From Blastocystis sp. Blastoise (taxonomy: Eukaryota; Protista; Bigyra: Opalinata): a DNA stretch of 64,000 nucleotides. Made by a program: the position numbers and the translations under genes. The notes beneath the pieces were generated by a model. It made no database searches, had not been told where the DNA came from, and was given only the letters and a program-made list of their open reading frames with translations. Where the stretch lies: assembly GCA_039096225.1 (NCBI GenBank), contig JBBPEB010000005.1:62001-126000 (forward strand). The letters run 5' to 3'. Numbering within the stretch: the stretch's first letter is position 1; the number at the start of each line of letters is the position of its first letter. Positions 1 through 16,774 of this stretch are shown here, one piece after another.

Positions 1-362
1 GATATACTAAGTTAAATATTAAGATAAAGAAAGAAATGGATGCTAATTCAATAACACCATAGATGACATAATATAGAAATGGGTAGAGAAATAAAAAGAG
101 TATACTTTTTAAATGTATAATAATATATATATACATTAAAAAAAGTGATAAAAAAAAAAAGGGATTTCAAAATAATCGATAAAAACTAGAGTTATCAAAT
201 AAATAGTAAATAGAGGATATTATAATTAATAAATATAAAAATAACTCACACAAAATAAATCTTAATGACATAAAGTAGAGTTCAATGTATTAGGAGATAT
301 ATAAAGGAAAATAGTATTAGATAACAACTAGGATATTTGAAAATATATAAATAAACAATAAA

Positions 363-395
<33 letters not shown>

Positions 396-565
396 GAATA
401 AAAAATGAAAAATCATCAACTAGAATAAACAAAAGGGTACAAAAAGTTTTAAATAAATTTATATATAAATATAAGCAAAAGTATATAAAAAATAAAATAA
501 TGATATTATGTTTTATAATAATTTATACAAAAAGAATAAATACATATAGAGAATACAATAAATAG

Positions 566-1795
566 TTACTGACTTCTATTTGTATATAGAAGTTCCGGAT
601 GATATTTCAGCATTTCTAAATAAGCTTGTTTCTTTAATAAAGGAATATCTTTAGTATTACAAGAATCGATATTTAATTGAATAGCATCAGAACACGATTG
701 AACGTATAAATCGTCTTCATTAAATATATCTTCAAAATAAGGATGATGAAGTAATTGATAAGCATTCCATCTCTTACGAGGATCTACTTGTAAACATTTC
801 GATAATAAATCTAAAAATAATGGATCTATTTGAGAATTATGAAATAATGAAATAGACTTCGGTTTAACTTTAGAATAACAACTTTGAACAAATTGTAATG
901 CACTACTATTATTAATAAAGGAGACATCACTTGGTATTCCAAAATAACTGAAGATCAATTCAAGTTGAGCTAAAACATTATTACAACGTAATAAAGGAGT
1001 ATGACCCACCATTTCATAAATAATAAGACCATATGCCCAAATATCTATTTTCTCATTATATTCACATTCTAATAATAACTCAGGAGCACGATACCAACGA
1101 CTAACTACATAAAGAGACATTGTTTCCTTCTTTTCACGAGCTAAACCTAAATCACAGATCTTAGTCAAAGAATCTTTATTCACTAAAATATTTCCTGGTT
1201 TCAAATCACGATGAATCAATCCATTTTGATGAAGACAATTAATAGCACATAATATCTGATAACTCATATACTTTACATGGTTCATTGATAAAGACTGATT
1301 ATCAATAACCCAACGAAGATCCATATCCATAGCCTCCATCACAAAATAAACATCATTAAATTGATTAAATGATGATGGAGCTAATATTTCATAAAAAGTA
1401 ACAATATTCTTATGCTTTATATTAGATAAAATCTTAATTTCACGTAAAGCACTCTTTGCATGACTTATCGTATCAAAAGCATCAATCATTCGTTTTATAG
1501 ATACTATTTCACCAGTTTCATTCATCTTAGCTCTATATACTTCACCATAAGTACCATGACCTAAACATTCCAAAATCGAGTATGTACTCCTTAATGGATA
1601 AGATCTTGTCTAAATAAACAAAAAAATGATATCAAGATTTATAACAAAGTGTGTAAATAAGTATACATTGAATGGCTGTACAACTGTAGTTGGAGACAGT
1701 TGTGTATTAGATTTATATATATTCATTGGAACTTTGTCTCGATAATAATTACTTAAATAATTTGTTTCTTCCATTTGGCCCGTAATTACTGTCAT
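566..1795 (-). CDS. Mitogen-activated protein kinase (CMGC), 2 exons, atypical SLY activation loop
   Basis: GHGTYGEV, HRDLKPGN, DLGLAR and YVVSRWYRAPE motifs; GT-AG intron 1610-1666 joins ORF 1610..1795 to ORF 566..1573 in frame. Confidence 0.9.
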
Positions 1796-2748
1796 CTTGA
1801 ACCTAATTAAAGAGAATTACCAGTAATAAAGCGACAAAAACCAGTCAATCTTCCAAAAAAATAATATAATCTTTACAAACTCAATAAAAAACAATTTGGT
1901 TCGTAAATTCCCTTGTTTTTGATGTTTTGCCAAGAGTTAATTGTGCTTATGACCAAAGAATGAGATAAAACATGGATCACGAATCTCATTGGCTATTTCC
2001 TTCGCTTCAAAGAAACGGGATCAAATCGGGATCGTTTTTTCTTCGATAAATATATAAATTCCCATGAATAAACTCAGTTCAACCTGAACCACAAAGATAA
2101 ATAACTGGTTCTTCAATCTCAGGAATAATTCGCTAAATATTATTCGATAGGATATTCAATCAGCGATTGGATTATTTCTATAGAATGACGCAGTAGAGAA
2201 ATGACGATCCAATTTTATTGTATTTCTTTTTTTTTCCATAAAGATCCGAATTGAATCGGATTCAACTTCCATTTCTGATAAATTTATACGTATTTCTTTA
2301 TTACTCTTTTTGTGAATTTTAAAAAATGAAGAAATTTAATTAAACACTTTATTCTTGTGTCTTTTTATAATTTATTAATCACTGAATTCTTTTTAACACA
2401 AGATATATATCGATTTCGGAACACAACAGTGTTTTTAAAATTTTTATTCGCCAATTAACGTAGAAAAATTATCTTTTATGTGTTTATCTTATTCAAAATA
2501 AACTGAAATTTATTTGAATGCACTTTTTATTGCCAAATAGACTATTTTATGATCATAGTCATCATAATCTTCAATATTTTTCATTTTTAATATGTATAAA
2601 AGAATGATACTTGACGAATTATACATGTGAATGACATTAGTAAATCAATTTTGTTTGTATTGGTCTCGTTTCGATGAAATAAAACATCCAAAAGTTTTTC
2701 TTTTTTTATATGTTTATATTTATTTATTGATTCAATATTTATATAAAA

Positions 2749-3995
2749 ATGTCTATGGGATTTCTAACAGAGTCTGCTTTAATTCCTCAAAAAGGAAAAG
2801 AAATCAAAATTGATTCGTCACATATAATTGGATTGAAAACAGCTCTTGCAGATGCAGAACAAAAATTGTTATCGGATCCTAAAGTAGTTACTAAGAAGAG
2901 ACACTTAGGTCCTATTCAAATGAATAAGAGAGAAGAAGAAGATTATAGTCGAAATGAAGGAGTTGATGAACGAATTCAAAAGGATGAAGCAAGTCTTAAA
3001 TCAAGAACTTGGAAAGGTAACCTTCAAAATTTAGAAAGAAAAGCTGATGAATATAAAAGAATGCAGAATGGTAGGTCTTATATCATTTTACTTTTTTGTT
3101 TTCAATATGTAATTATTAGGATTCATTATATATAAATAAAACATTATAGTCTTTATAATTATAAATAATAAAGACTACTTTATATTCGTTCAATATTGAT
3201 ATAAATCTTATTCCTGTTATTCTATTCTATATAGGAGAATATGTACAAGGATATGAAGATAGTAATGTTATATTTCATTCGAATTCATCGCCAGAGATTT
3301 ATTCTTCAGAGAATAACCAAATGGAAAATCCATTTCATAATTATATATCACGTGATGAGTATTGGAGACAGAAGAATAGTCATGAAGATAACGTATCCCA
3401 CGAGAACACAAATGATGACGCACTGTATGCTATAGATACAGGATCAGTAGATCGTAGAGATGAAGGAACAAAAAGAACTTCTTTAGATTCTCTTGAAGAA
3501 GCCATGAAAAATGATCGATTTAAAGAAGTATTCCTTCAAAATAGATATATTCAAGGAGATGTATATATATATGTTGTTTATATTTATATTGCTTTTTATT
3601 ATTATATATATATATTATTTATATTATATATTATTTTTATCATTATATATATATGTTGTTTATATTATATATTATTTTTATTATATATATATATTGTTTA
3701 TATTATATATTATTTTTATCATTATATATATATGTTGTTTATATTTATATTGCTTTTTATTATTATAAGTATATGTTATATTATATATTATTTTTATTAT
3801 ATATATAGGTACTTATATTGGATGAGTTTGGCCGTTATCGATGGGTCCCCGAGGGGTGTGATGAACATATGAATAATATAGGATCTGCATATCGAATTAA
3901 GCAGCTTATGGTAGAATATGAAAATAACAAACAATTAAAACAATATAAACATTCAAATAATAGAAATAATGACTCTAAAACATCCATGACAAGTA

Positions 3996-4058
<63 letters not shown>

Positions 4059-4263
4059 TTATATATATAGAAGCTTCAAAAGTGAAGATGACTTGGGAAA
4101 AAGGACCGAGTGAAAAAGAAAAACTGTTTATTCAACAAATTGAAGTATATATATATATATATATAGTTTTCTATTCTATTATACATATATATATCTATTA
4201 TATATATATATATTTAGAAAGAGAATGCAGATCATAAGGCGAAACGAGTTCGAATGCCTACAA

Positions 4264-4305
<42 letters not shown>

Positions 4306-4384
4306 ATATATTATTATATATATAGAGTCCTTGAAAGAAAAGAAAGAGAAAGCAAGTGCGCTTTTAGATACTTTGCTATCTTAA
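2749..4384 (+). CDS. CCDC174: CCDC174 (DUF4078)-like coiled-coil protein, 6 exons
   Basis: N-terminal GFLTESALIPQKGKEI..GLK, LERKADEY and DEFGR motifs recalled for this family; five GT-AG introns splice in frame to TAA at 4382-4384. Confidence 0.65.
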
Positions 4385-4627
4385 TCATAATATATATATA
4401 TAAATATAATTTCAATACACTTTGTTTATTTATTTACTATTCATTCATTTCCTATGATTATATTTATTCAATAAACTTACATTTTTTTGTCATGTAAAAT
4501 CACATTGAATAATTAGTATAAATAAATCTACAATAATTATAAAGTTAAAAAACAACAAACAACAAAATTCAGACTTATTTCATAATATAATAATAAATAT
4601 ATACATATATATATAAATAACTAAAAA

Positions 4628-7340
4628 TTAATCTTGTTTCTTTTGACCACACATTAATAGAGATATTGTGTTTTTAAGTATTGTGATGATCTTTTGAAGT
4701 TTATGCAGAGTATAATAATAATTCTTTTTATCTTTCTTTTGGCAAACCTCTTCTTCATTTATATCTTTAGGTAACGATTCTAATTCTTTAGAAATTGTTG
4801 AATACATACACTATAAAGTATATATATATATATAGAGATAGAGAAAGAAACAAGTTAAAATAATAATAACATACATTAATATTTGTTTTTGAAGTACAAA
4901 ATAATTCTTGAAGTTGCTCTTTATATAATGGCTCTTTCGTAGAGTATATAGAATTTAAAGAAGAAAAACTTTCTAATAATAATATACATTCTTCTAAATC
5001 TAAAGAAGAGATAAAACTAGAATAGAATGAATAGAACATATATAGAATAAGAATGTTCCAATTCATAGAGAATAGAGTATGAAATTATGATAGTGATAGA
5101 AGGAGATTACACTATATACTGTGATGATCAAAAGGCTCAAGAGATTCCATATAATTGGAGAAACTGGAGAAACCATTTGTGTATAACGGATCTAAAATAA
5201 ATTGTTTATTATGATTCTATAAGTATATAAATATACCTTTGGTGTTTATAGAGAAAAGTATAGAATTAGGTATATATAGAGATGGATAGAGAGAGAAGAG
5301 AGAAGAAGATGTCATCATATCTTTATATCCAGGAACTCTATTCATATATTTATAAGCAGAAATATTCTATATGAAGTATATAATAGATAATATTAATTTA
5401 GAAGAGATAATATTGATTAGAATAGATAATATTGATTTAGAAGAGATAATATTGATTTATATATATATATATATACATTTAAAGTGAGATTAAGTAAAAA
5501 TCGAGTCACGTGCTCCCAACATATAGACGAAACTGGAATATGAAGAGACATCTATATATATATATATATATATATATATTAATAGTATTCTTAAATAATA
5601 CGTATATATAAGAATACAAAGAGTATATATATATATATATATACATAGATATATGTTTGTAGATATCCGATGTTAAGAAGAGATGTATAGAGAGAAGAGG
5701 AGGATTCTAAGAGAAGCAGAAAGGAGAAAAAAGAAGAAAGAGAAGAAAGAAATACACTTATATCCTTATTATCTATATATATATATAATAATAATAATGA
5801 ATAAATATTAATAAAACACAATGAATATATAATATATATATATATAAATACCTTTATCATTTTGATGTTGAACATAATTATTAATAGTTTCAGATATAGA
5901 CGAATAACCGCGGGAAAGTATGACGTCAGTTAAAGAAATAAATCTCGTTGGATTCTGAGTAATATATTTAAATACATCTATATATTATATATTCATGTAA
6001 TACTATTTATCAAGGCCAACAGTATATAGGAACAATTATAATATATATATATATATATATATACCTTCATTTTGCATCCAGAAGTTGAGTATATATATAA
6101 GATTGGGATAGAGATCATATCGATAATCCCCGTGAATATCTTGCTCTCCTTTAAGGAGATCTTCAATATATAGGCATATATCGGGAATAGCGTCTTTATT
6201 ATATATACCTATATCTCTCAATATATATAAATATTGAGGCCAAAGGTCATGAATCCCCACGGGAAAGAAACGTCTAGAGAAAGTATAGAAATATATATCA
6301 ATAATACTTAAAAAAAAGTATTTAATAATAACATATAATAATAAACATATAATAAACATATAAAAAATACATAATAAATAAACATAATAAACATATAAAA
6401 AATACATAATAAATAAACATAATAAACATATAAAAAATACATAATAAATAAACATAATAAACATAATAATAAACATATAATAAGCATATAATAAAACATA
6501 ATAAACATAATAATAAACATATAATAATAAACATAATAAACATAATAAACATAATAAACATAATAAACAAATAATAAACACATAATAAACATTAATATAC
6601 TCTTTTGAAGCAAGTAATTTGATGGTTGATTGTATATAATTTAAAAGATTATATTTCTTTATATATAAATATTTTATTCCACTACAAATATTGATATTAA
6701 TTCCTTGAATAAACTTGAATATTTTCTGATCATCTTCTATATATATTAATTATTAAATACTTATAAAATGAATAGTATACCATCAAAACCATTTTGATTA
6801 TCATTATTATCTTTTAATAAATATGTAGAAAACATAGTATGAGTATATTCTTTATCTTTTTTACTATAAGAGAAACAATTAAATTGGATTATTTAGAAAA
6901 AAATACTTTAAAATATAATGAGGAACAATAAAGTACACTACACTCGCTAATTCAAATAAGGAGTCTCTTAAAGATTCATTCATTTGACTAAATAAAGAGA
7001 AAACAATTAAAAAAAATATAAAATGAGCCATACTCTTTAAACATTAAATAATTCAATCCATTTAGAAATTCAGAACTCATTGTGAATTCAAAGAAATTAT
7101 CCTCTTCCACGGATAATGTTGATTCAGAATACATCATATTCAAAATACGCGATAATTCTTTTATTCCTATTATATCAATGATGGGATAGTCATAGCAAAG
7201 ACTTTTATATCTAAATAAATGTTAATCATGTAGAATAATTCTAAAAAATACGTTTGTTTTGCATTATGTTTCTTGGAAGAACTCTTCATATTATTTGAAA
7301 GTTCTTCTAGAAGTAATGATTTGAATTCATTAATATCCAT
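4628..7340 (-). CDS. Hypothetical protein, about 13 exons
   Basis: ATG at 7340 (MDINEFKSLLLEEL); successive GT-AG introns keep an open frame to TAA at 4628; no recognisable domain. Confidence 0.6.
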
Positions 7341-7803
7341 GGACAACAGGTTAAATGAAAAAAATGTTTTTTTTTCCTTTTATTCTCTTTTTTATTATTT
7401 AAATAAATAGTAATTATTTAGTTATATTCTTATATTCGATTTTAAAAGTGAACAAAACGAATAATGTAAACTATAAAATAAAACAGAAATAACAGGAAAA
7501 TGTCGTTTATAGTTATATACAAAAATAAATTTATAAATAAAACATAAAGATATAAAAAAAATTTATATGTAAAAAAGTGTTAAAAGCAGAAAGTATATAT
7601 ATATATAATAGTAGATACATATAATATGACTATAATTATGTATAAGAAAGTGATAGGTGATCATTATTAATATATTTATTTATAGCAAAAGAAAGAACAT
7701 AAATATATATATATATAGAGTTTAAAAATGATTCAGTATAAATAGAATAGAAAACGATTACATAGAGTATAATATATGATTCGCAAAGTGTAGATTCCCG
7801 TGA

Positions 7804-9299
7804 TTATTCTTCTTTAGGAGTAAGATGGAAGACTCTGATATGTAAGTGTTCTTTAATAAGTTTGACTGCTCCGCAGACAAAGGCGAGATAGAGGCATACT
7901 ATGAGAGTAACACATATATATAAGTATTGAGTCGTATCATAATGGAAGAAGAGGAGGAGAGAGAAGAGAGTAAGAGGAATACATCCAAAATAGAAGGGAG
8001 ACATATACTTACGAGTGAGATGGAATATATTACTACGAGTTGAGAAGAGAGAGAAACTGAAACCTGATAAAACTATAGAGGAATGATATATATATATAGT
8101 ATTTTATGGAGAAATAGACTCATAGCGTTGATAAAGAAAGATAACTAATAGAATAATAATAAAATAAATATAATAATAAAATAAATATAATAATAAACAT
8201 ATAATATAATAATAAAATAAAGATAATAATAAAATAAAGATAATAATAAAATAAATATAATAATAAACATATAATATAATAATAAACATATAATATAATA
8301 ATAAACATATAATATAATAATAAACATATAATATAATAATAAAATAAATATAATAATAAACATATAATATAATAATAAACATATAATATAATATATACAT
8401 AAGCAAGCAGTAGTATCAGTGATCATATACTTTGAAGATAGAACATAAAGAGAACAAATAGTAAGTTCAAATAAGGATAGAATACGTAGTATATAGTCGA
8501 TTCTCGAGTTGTTTTTATTTCCAGAGAGATGAGGAGGGAGATGAGAACCGTGTTTAAGGTCATCAAATAATATAGAGAAGAAGATAATGACAAAAGCAAA
8601 GATAAGGATAAGGAAGACAACAGCAGAAAGAGTAATAGTAGAAGTAATAGGGACAGGAATCCAAGTAAAATATTGATTTACGGGATAATCAATAATGGAT
8701 CTACCAAATATACCGACATACATATATAAGGCAGAAACATAAATTAGAAGTTCAGTAACACCTAATATACTACTTCCGCAATGTAATATACCACTATAAT
8801 ACTCACAGAGTTGAGCAGCAGCAAATAAAGTCATACAAAAAGAAAACATCAAAGGTGCTAAGAATGATTGACCTAAACCACAAGTAGATAAATTAAGAAA
8901 TAAAATGAAATTCAAATTTAGAGAATCACATCCATGATCAAACATCTGACCTAAAGGAGAAGAAGCATGAAGTCTTCTAGCTTGTTTACCATCAAGACAA
9001 TCTAAAACCATGTATAAAGTATTAGCAATACTTGACCATATATACACCCAACTAGGAGCAGATCCAGTGAATTGAGGATCATAATAAACAACACATGCAG
9101 CAGCAGAAATACTGAAAAGTAATCCAATAATAGTAACTGTATTCGGAGCTAACCACATAGGAAGAAGTTCAGCTAATTTCCCATAGTAAGGACTCATAAA
9201 GTTATCAAAAGGAGTATAAGTACCACTATGATACTCATATGTGTCAAGGGAATGTAAATCTTGTTCAGAAAGAAGATCTTTAGGAGTAATAGCTTTCAT
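7804..9299 (-). CDS. Choline/ethanolamine phosphotransferase (CDP-alcohol phosphatidyltransferase, EPT1/CEPT1/AAPT family), 2 exons
   Basis: WLAPNTVT and the DxxDGKQARR..SSPLGQMFDHGCD signature; one GT-AG intron at about 8073-8398. Confidence 0.92.
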
Positions 9300-9966
9300 T
9301 TTTTATTAAAGAATTGTATACAAATACGAATTGATAATAAAATATGATAAATAAATGAAGATAAACTTTTATTTTTAAGTGGTTCGAAAAGAATTATTAT
9401 TTGAAAAAGAAAAGAATCCAACAACCAATCGAATTTGAACACATATTAACTTTTTTTTATTTATGTATTCTGTTCGAATTCAACGGTAAGTTTTATTTAT
9501 ATACGTATTAATACAATGACATGACGTCAAAGAGTTCAGTATAGATTTTCTAAATCAAAAGAGAGAAGGTTTAGAACAGAAATGGAATACAAGTGTAATT
9601 GTTTTTTATTAATTTTTCTTATTGCATTGATTTCTTGTTGTCTAAGGAATATTGTTTGCATTCACGGTGTTTTAAAACGATTTATTTGACAGAATCATAA
9701 TAGTGAAAAAATATGTTTTGAAAATTTATGCTAGCTACTCAAATACATGGATATCTTTCTAAGATGTTTATCAATTTATAAATTATTCAAGCAAAGACAA
9801 AAAGAGAATGAAGAAAAATATTTAAAAAATAGCAAATAAAAAAAAAATATGAAAAAACACAATACTAAAGGAGAAATAAGAAGAAGTTCCACGGTTTCAA
9901 GGATGTCTTTTCAGATTATGAAAATTATTTCTTGGCTACGTTTGTTTTTTGATATTTGTCGACTTT

Positions 9967-12026
<2,060 letters not shown>

Positions 12027-12708
12027 ATTTACTTATATATATTCCTATTCTTACTTTTTGATTTTTAACAGTATTTGTTTTTATTATTACTTTTATATTT
12101 GCATGAATCTATTTATATATATCATCTTTTCTATATGATATATACATATATATATATAAATCTATTTGGCTATTCACATTCCTATTTTTGTTTTCTATAT
12201 ATATATATCACTTTTTTTTTGTATATATTCTTCTCTCATCTTTTTTTTTATGGTCGTAATTCATATTTATTCAACAGATGTATTCTATTGTTTTATTTTT
12301 TTTGTAGTTTTATGTGAAAATATTCTTTTATTTGTTTTTTTTTAAACCATTTATTTTATTTTATATGTTAAGTTAATACATATATTTTTCAGAAATCTTT
12401 TTATAATAATCATAAAAACATAACCAAAGAAAAAAGTGCAATGATAATAATGATTAATTAAAAACGTAACTACATGAAAAAATTATATATGTACAATAAA
12501 AAAAGAAAAAAAAAGTGTAAGGAAATAGATATGAATACAGCTATATTGAACAGGAATCAAAGGAGTCAAATAGAATTACATTTAAAAAAGTAACCTATAA
12601 CACACCAAATATGAAGAATATCGATAATAAAAGAAATGATTATTCATTTATTTAAAAAAAAAAATCACATAATGATATTAACAAGATTCATAAAAAAAGA
12701 ATGACTAC

Positions 12709-13275
12709 TTAAAAAGGTTTTTCATCCTTCTTATCAATATAAGGTTGAAGAAGAGTAGGTTGAATGTAAGGAACAACACCACCACCAGCAATAGTAGCCT
12801 TGACAAGAGCATCTAATTCTTCATCACCTCTAATAGCTAATTGAAGATGACGAGGAGTAATACGCTTGACTCTTAAATCCTTAGAAGCGTTACCAGCTAA
12901 TTCAAGAACTTCAGCAGCTAAATATTCAAGAATAGCAGCCATATATACAGCAGCAGTAGCACCAACACGTTGTTTGTTAGAAACTCTACTCTTTAATAAA
13001 CGATGAATACGACCAACAGGGAATTGAAGACCTGCTCTAGAAGAACGAGTATAAACTTGTTTCTTGGATGATGGGGCTTTACCTCCCTTACCACCTTTAC
13101 CACCTTTACCAGACTATATTTATTATAAATAAATAAATATAGTTAATATAATCAAGATTTAAAAAGAATCATTAAAAAAAGTAATGCATGACCAGATAAT
13201 ACAGTTTTAACAAATATAAAAATGAAAATAAAAATAAAAATCTAGTAGAAGTAAATATATTAGAATACATACCAT
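12709..13275 (-). CDS. H2AZ: Histone H2A.Z, 2 exons (first exon is the ATG only)
   Basis: [50 protein letters not shown]; intron 13114-13272. Confidence 0.95.
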
Positions 13276-14065
13276 TTCGATTATAAATAATTGATGGAAT
13301 AAGAAAATTTAAAAAATTAGAGTGCCATATTCAGAGCAAGATCAAAAGAGAAAAAAACAACAAAAAAAGTTTCCAGGATGAAGAAAAGAAAAGGGGCTGG
13401 ATCACTTTCTGAAATCACTTATTTTTTCTCTATTCTTTTGAATTACCCCCATCCTCAACAAAAAGGAAACTGAAAATATTCAGGATTATCTATTGGCGGC
13501 ATTTCTTCTTCTGGATTCTTTTTTGCTTATTTGCCCTCCAAAAACTTTTCGTGCGTTTTGTTTTTTTTATTCATTTGAATTCCTTAGGAAGAATAAGGAG
13601 ATATACGTTCAACTCAACTAAACTGATGAATAAAAAATGTAACACATGGAATCAACATTTTCTCTTCTTTTGACTATTATTTATTAAAATTTCATAGTTC
13701 TACATATTACTTAAAAGTGTATAGTGATAATAGTAATAGAACTTGTTTTTCAATAAGAAATTTTTTTTTGATACAATTTTATTAGTGGAAATCTATTATT
13801 CATGGAATATTATTTTTAATATTCTGAACTCATATATGGAATATAGAGTAGCTGTTGCATATTTTATATTTTAAAATTGTTATAAAAATAATAAATGCGT
13901 GTATATTTTCTTTTATTACTCTATAGAGTTGGATTATAAGAGAATCCATTCTAATGAATATCGATAATGCATATACCCATTACTTAAAACTCTTAAGACG
14001 TAGTATAAAAATAGTTTTTATTTGTCGTTGATATAAAAGACATGGGAAAGAAATATTTTATGATA

Positions 14066-14147
14066 GACAATTTGTCCGAGAGGTTAAGGAGGTAGACTTG
14101 AAATCTACTGGGCTCTGCCCGCGCAGGTTCGAATCCTGCAGTTGTCG
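14066..14147 (+). tRNA. tRNA-Ser(UGA), 82 nt, long variable arm, no intron
   Basis: Acceptor stem GACAATT/AGTTGTC, anticodon arm GTAGA-CTTGAAA-TCTAC, variable arm GGGC-TCT-GCCC, T-loop GGTTCGAATCC, discriminator G, downstream T-run terminator. Confidence 0.95.
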
Positions 14148-14431
14148 ATTTTTTAATTTTTTTTAAAACATATTTTTCTCTATACATACCATTCGTATCT
14201 AGTTAACTTTTATTGTCTTTTACAAAACGACGAGATAAATGAATTATTAGAATTTCGATATAGTTAGAATGATTTAGATGATAAAAATAATATATATATG
14301 ACAAAGCATATATAGAACTAGTAGCAATAAAATAAAAATAGTTAAAGAGAATGCAAATAAAAATAAAAGGTGAACAATAATAGTAAATAGAGATCTTCTA
14401 TATATATTTATATAGAAGTATAAAAAGTAGA

Positions 14432-16179
14432 TTAGACGGTGACGCTAGTATCATATTCAACTCCACGAATAAAATTACCCTTATCTGTATATACATCAGT
14501 GTATAACTCTTTAATATCAGGAGCAGATCTATATATATATAGAAAATAGAATAGATAATATATATAGAAATAGAATAGTATTATATATAGAAATAGAATA
14601 GATAATATATATAGAAATAGAATAGATAATATATATAGAAAATAGAATAGATAATATATATAGAAAATAGAATAATAATATATATAGAAATAGAATAGTA
14701 TTATATATATATATACCCCTTAACAGCTTCTAAAGCCCATTTCTTGACTTCCTTACGAATGGAAGACTGAAGATCTAAGAATTCTTCATTCTTCATAAAT
14801 CCTAATTCAATACATTTATTTCCTAGTAATTGAATACAATCCTTAGTTTTACGAACTTCTTCGATTTCTTCTCTTGTTCTATAAGTAACACCAGGATCAG
14901 ACATACTATGTCCATGGTATCTATATGTCTTCAATTATATATAATAAGAATAATAATAATATATTTATAAAAAAATGAAATTTTATTTTATAAAAAAAAA
15001 AATGTTTTATTTAATAATAATAATAATAATAATAAAAATAATAAAAATAATAATACAATAATAATAATAACAATAAAAATAATAATAATAATAAATGTAT
15101 ACTTCAACGAATATAGGTCCATTGCCTTGTGATGCCCATTGACGCGCTACTTTCATAACTTCTCGAACACTGAATATATCATGTCCATTAGCCTGTATAC
15201 CGGGGATATTATATTTACCCATCTTATAGAATAAGGGGCTACTACTTCCTCTCTCTACAGACGTACCCATAGCATAACTATTATTCTCTATTACATATAC
15301 TACAGGTAAATCCCATAGTTTAGCCATATTAGCAGCCTCCCATACCTATATATATATATATATATAATAAATATAATAAATATAATAAATATAATAAATA
15401 AAATAAATCGAATAATAATATAATAATAGAATAAATAGAATACTAATAGAATACTATAGCCATATATATATACTTGTCCTTGATTAGAAGCGCCATCACC
15501 ATAAGCAGCTACACATATATTCATATTCTTTTTATCTTCAGCAGTATATTTATTAGCTAAAGCGATTCCTGTACCGACGGGAACTTGAGCAGCAACGATA
15601 CCACTACCTCCCCAGAAATTCTTAGAAGGCTCATACATATGCATAGAACCTCCTTTACCATGTGCAGCACCATCACTATGACCTAGTAATTCATGGAATA
15701 CACTCATCATAGCATTCTTATCAGCACCAGCTCTTAAGAATTCAATACCATGACAACGATAACTCGTAATATAATCATCTTCAGGCTTTATAGCATCTAC
15801 AATACCTGTACCACAAGCTTCCTATATATATATATAATTTATTCACACATAAACGTATGAATTTTCATTAAATGATGATAAAAAAAGTAAATTCTATTAA
15901 AATATTGGCTTCCTCTCCATCATAAAGATGTAAGAAACCCTTAATTTTTCTCATGGTATACAAAGGATCATTTTCAATTTCCATTCTACGTATATATATC
16001 ATCGTCTTTAATAATCTCATGCATTCATCTTTAGTCACTTGTACTTGAGTAGGAAGAGGAACATCAAATTTATGAACTGGAAACTCAGGTAACTTTATTA
16101 TGCCAGTTTCCGCAGAAAAGCAACGTACAAATGATTTATTTAATAAAGTAGGAATAATTCTTCTTGAAGCAAAAGCCAT
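14432..16179 (-). CDS. PDHA1: Pyruvate dehydrogenase E1 alpha subunit, mitochondrial presequence, 5 exons
   Basis: KIKGFLHLYDGEEA, GKGGSMHMY, YGDGASNQGQ, TYRYHGHSMSDPG; Arg/Ser-rich N-terminus; introns 1 and 3 are non-canonical. Confidence 0.95.
14530..14716. repeat. Intronic tandem repeat, about 27-28 nt unit, about 6 copies
   Basis: Repeated ATATATATAGAAATAGAATAGATAAT variants fill PDH intron 4. Confidence 0.8.
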
Positions 16180-16774
16180 TCTATGAACTTACAGTATATA
16201 GATTTTACTCTTAAAATATAGATTAAGGAATGAACTACACTTTTATCTATAGAAAAAGTGAAAGGAAAACAATAAGGGAAACCGAAGTTTTCTTCTTATG
16301 CGTCCAAAGAAAATCAAGTTCTTTATTCTCGTTTTTAGAGTTTGTCATTTTTTCTCTCTTCAGGAGATGACTTCATTAGACAATCAATTTGAGATTTGGT
16401 TATGTCGAATATATCATCAAGAATATATGGTTATCATTATTCTTCATGAACTCAAATATTATTATTCTATCATTGCTTCCAATATTTATTTATATTAATT
16501 CATTATATATTTCATTGCCAACAATGACTTCTTAATATATTCATTTCATCGCTAAAATTATAATTGAAAACGCAACAACGTCAATTATGTTGATTACCAC
16601 ACTAAAATCAATCCAAACGTTTTAATAATTATAAAAGATAAAGTACATATGCTTTTAACCCTATAATATATTTTTTTTACACTTTTTAAATATCTTTGCT
16701 ACAAATTATTAAATGTTTAATGTATTTTTTGTTTTCATTTTGACAACACAATTATTTTTCTTATATTTTAATGA

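Noticed and set aside
8073-8150. Apparent exon with a premature stop in the phosphotransferase gene
   Set aside because: The downstream acceptor CTATAG at about 8073 restores the frame, so the segment is intronic
14066-14147. Possible selenocysteine or suppressor tRNA
   Set aside because: The anticodon is UGA (reads UCA, Ser), not UCA, and the acceptor stem is the standard 7 bp
13993-14187. 64-aa ORF on the minus strand
   Set aside because: Antisense shadow of the tRNA-Ser gene
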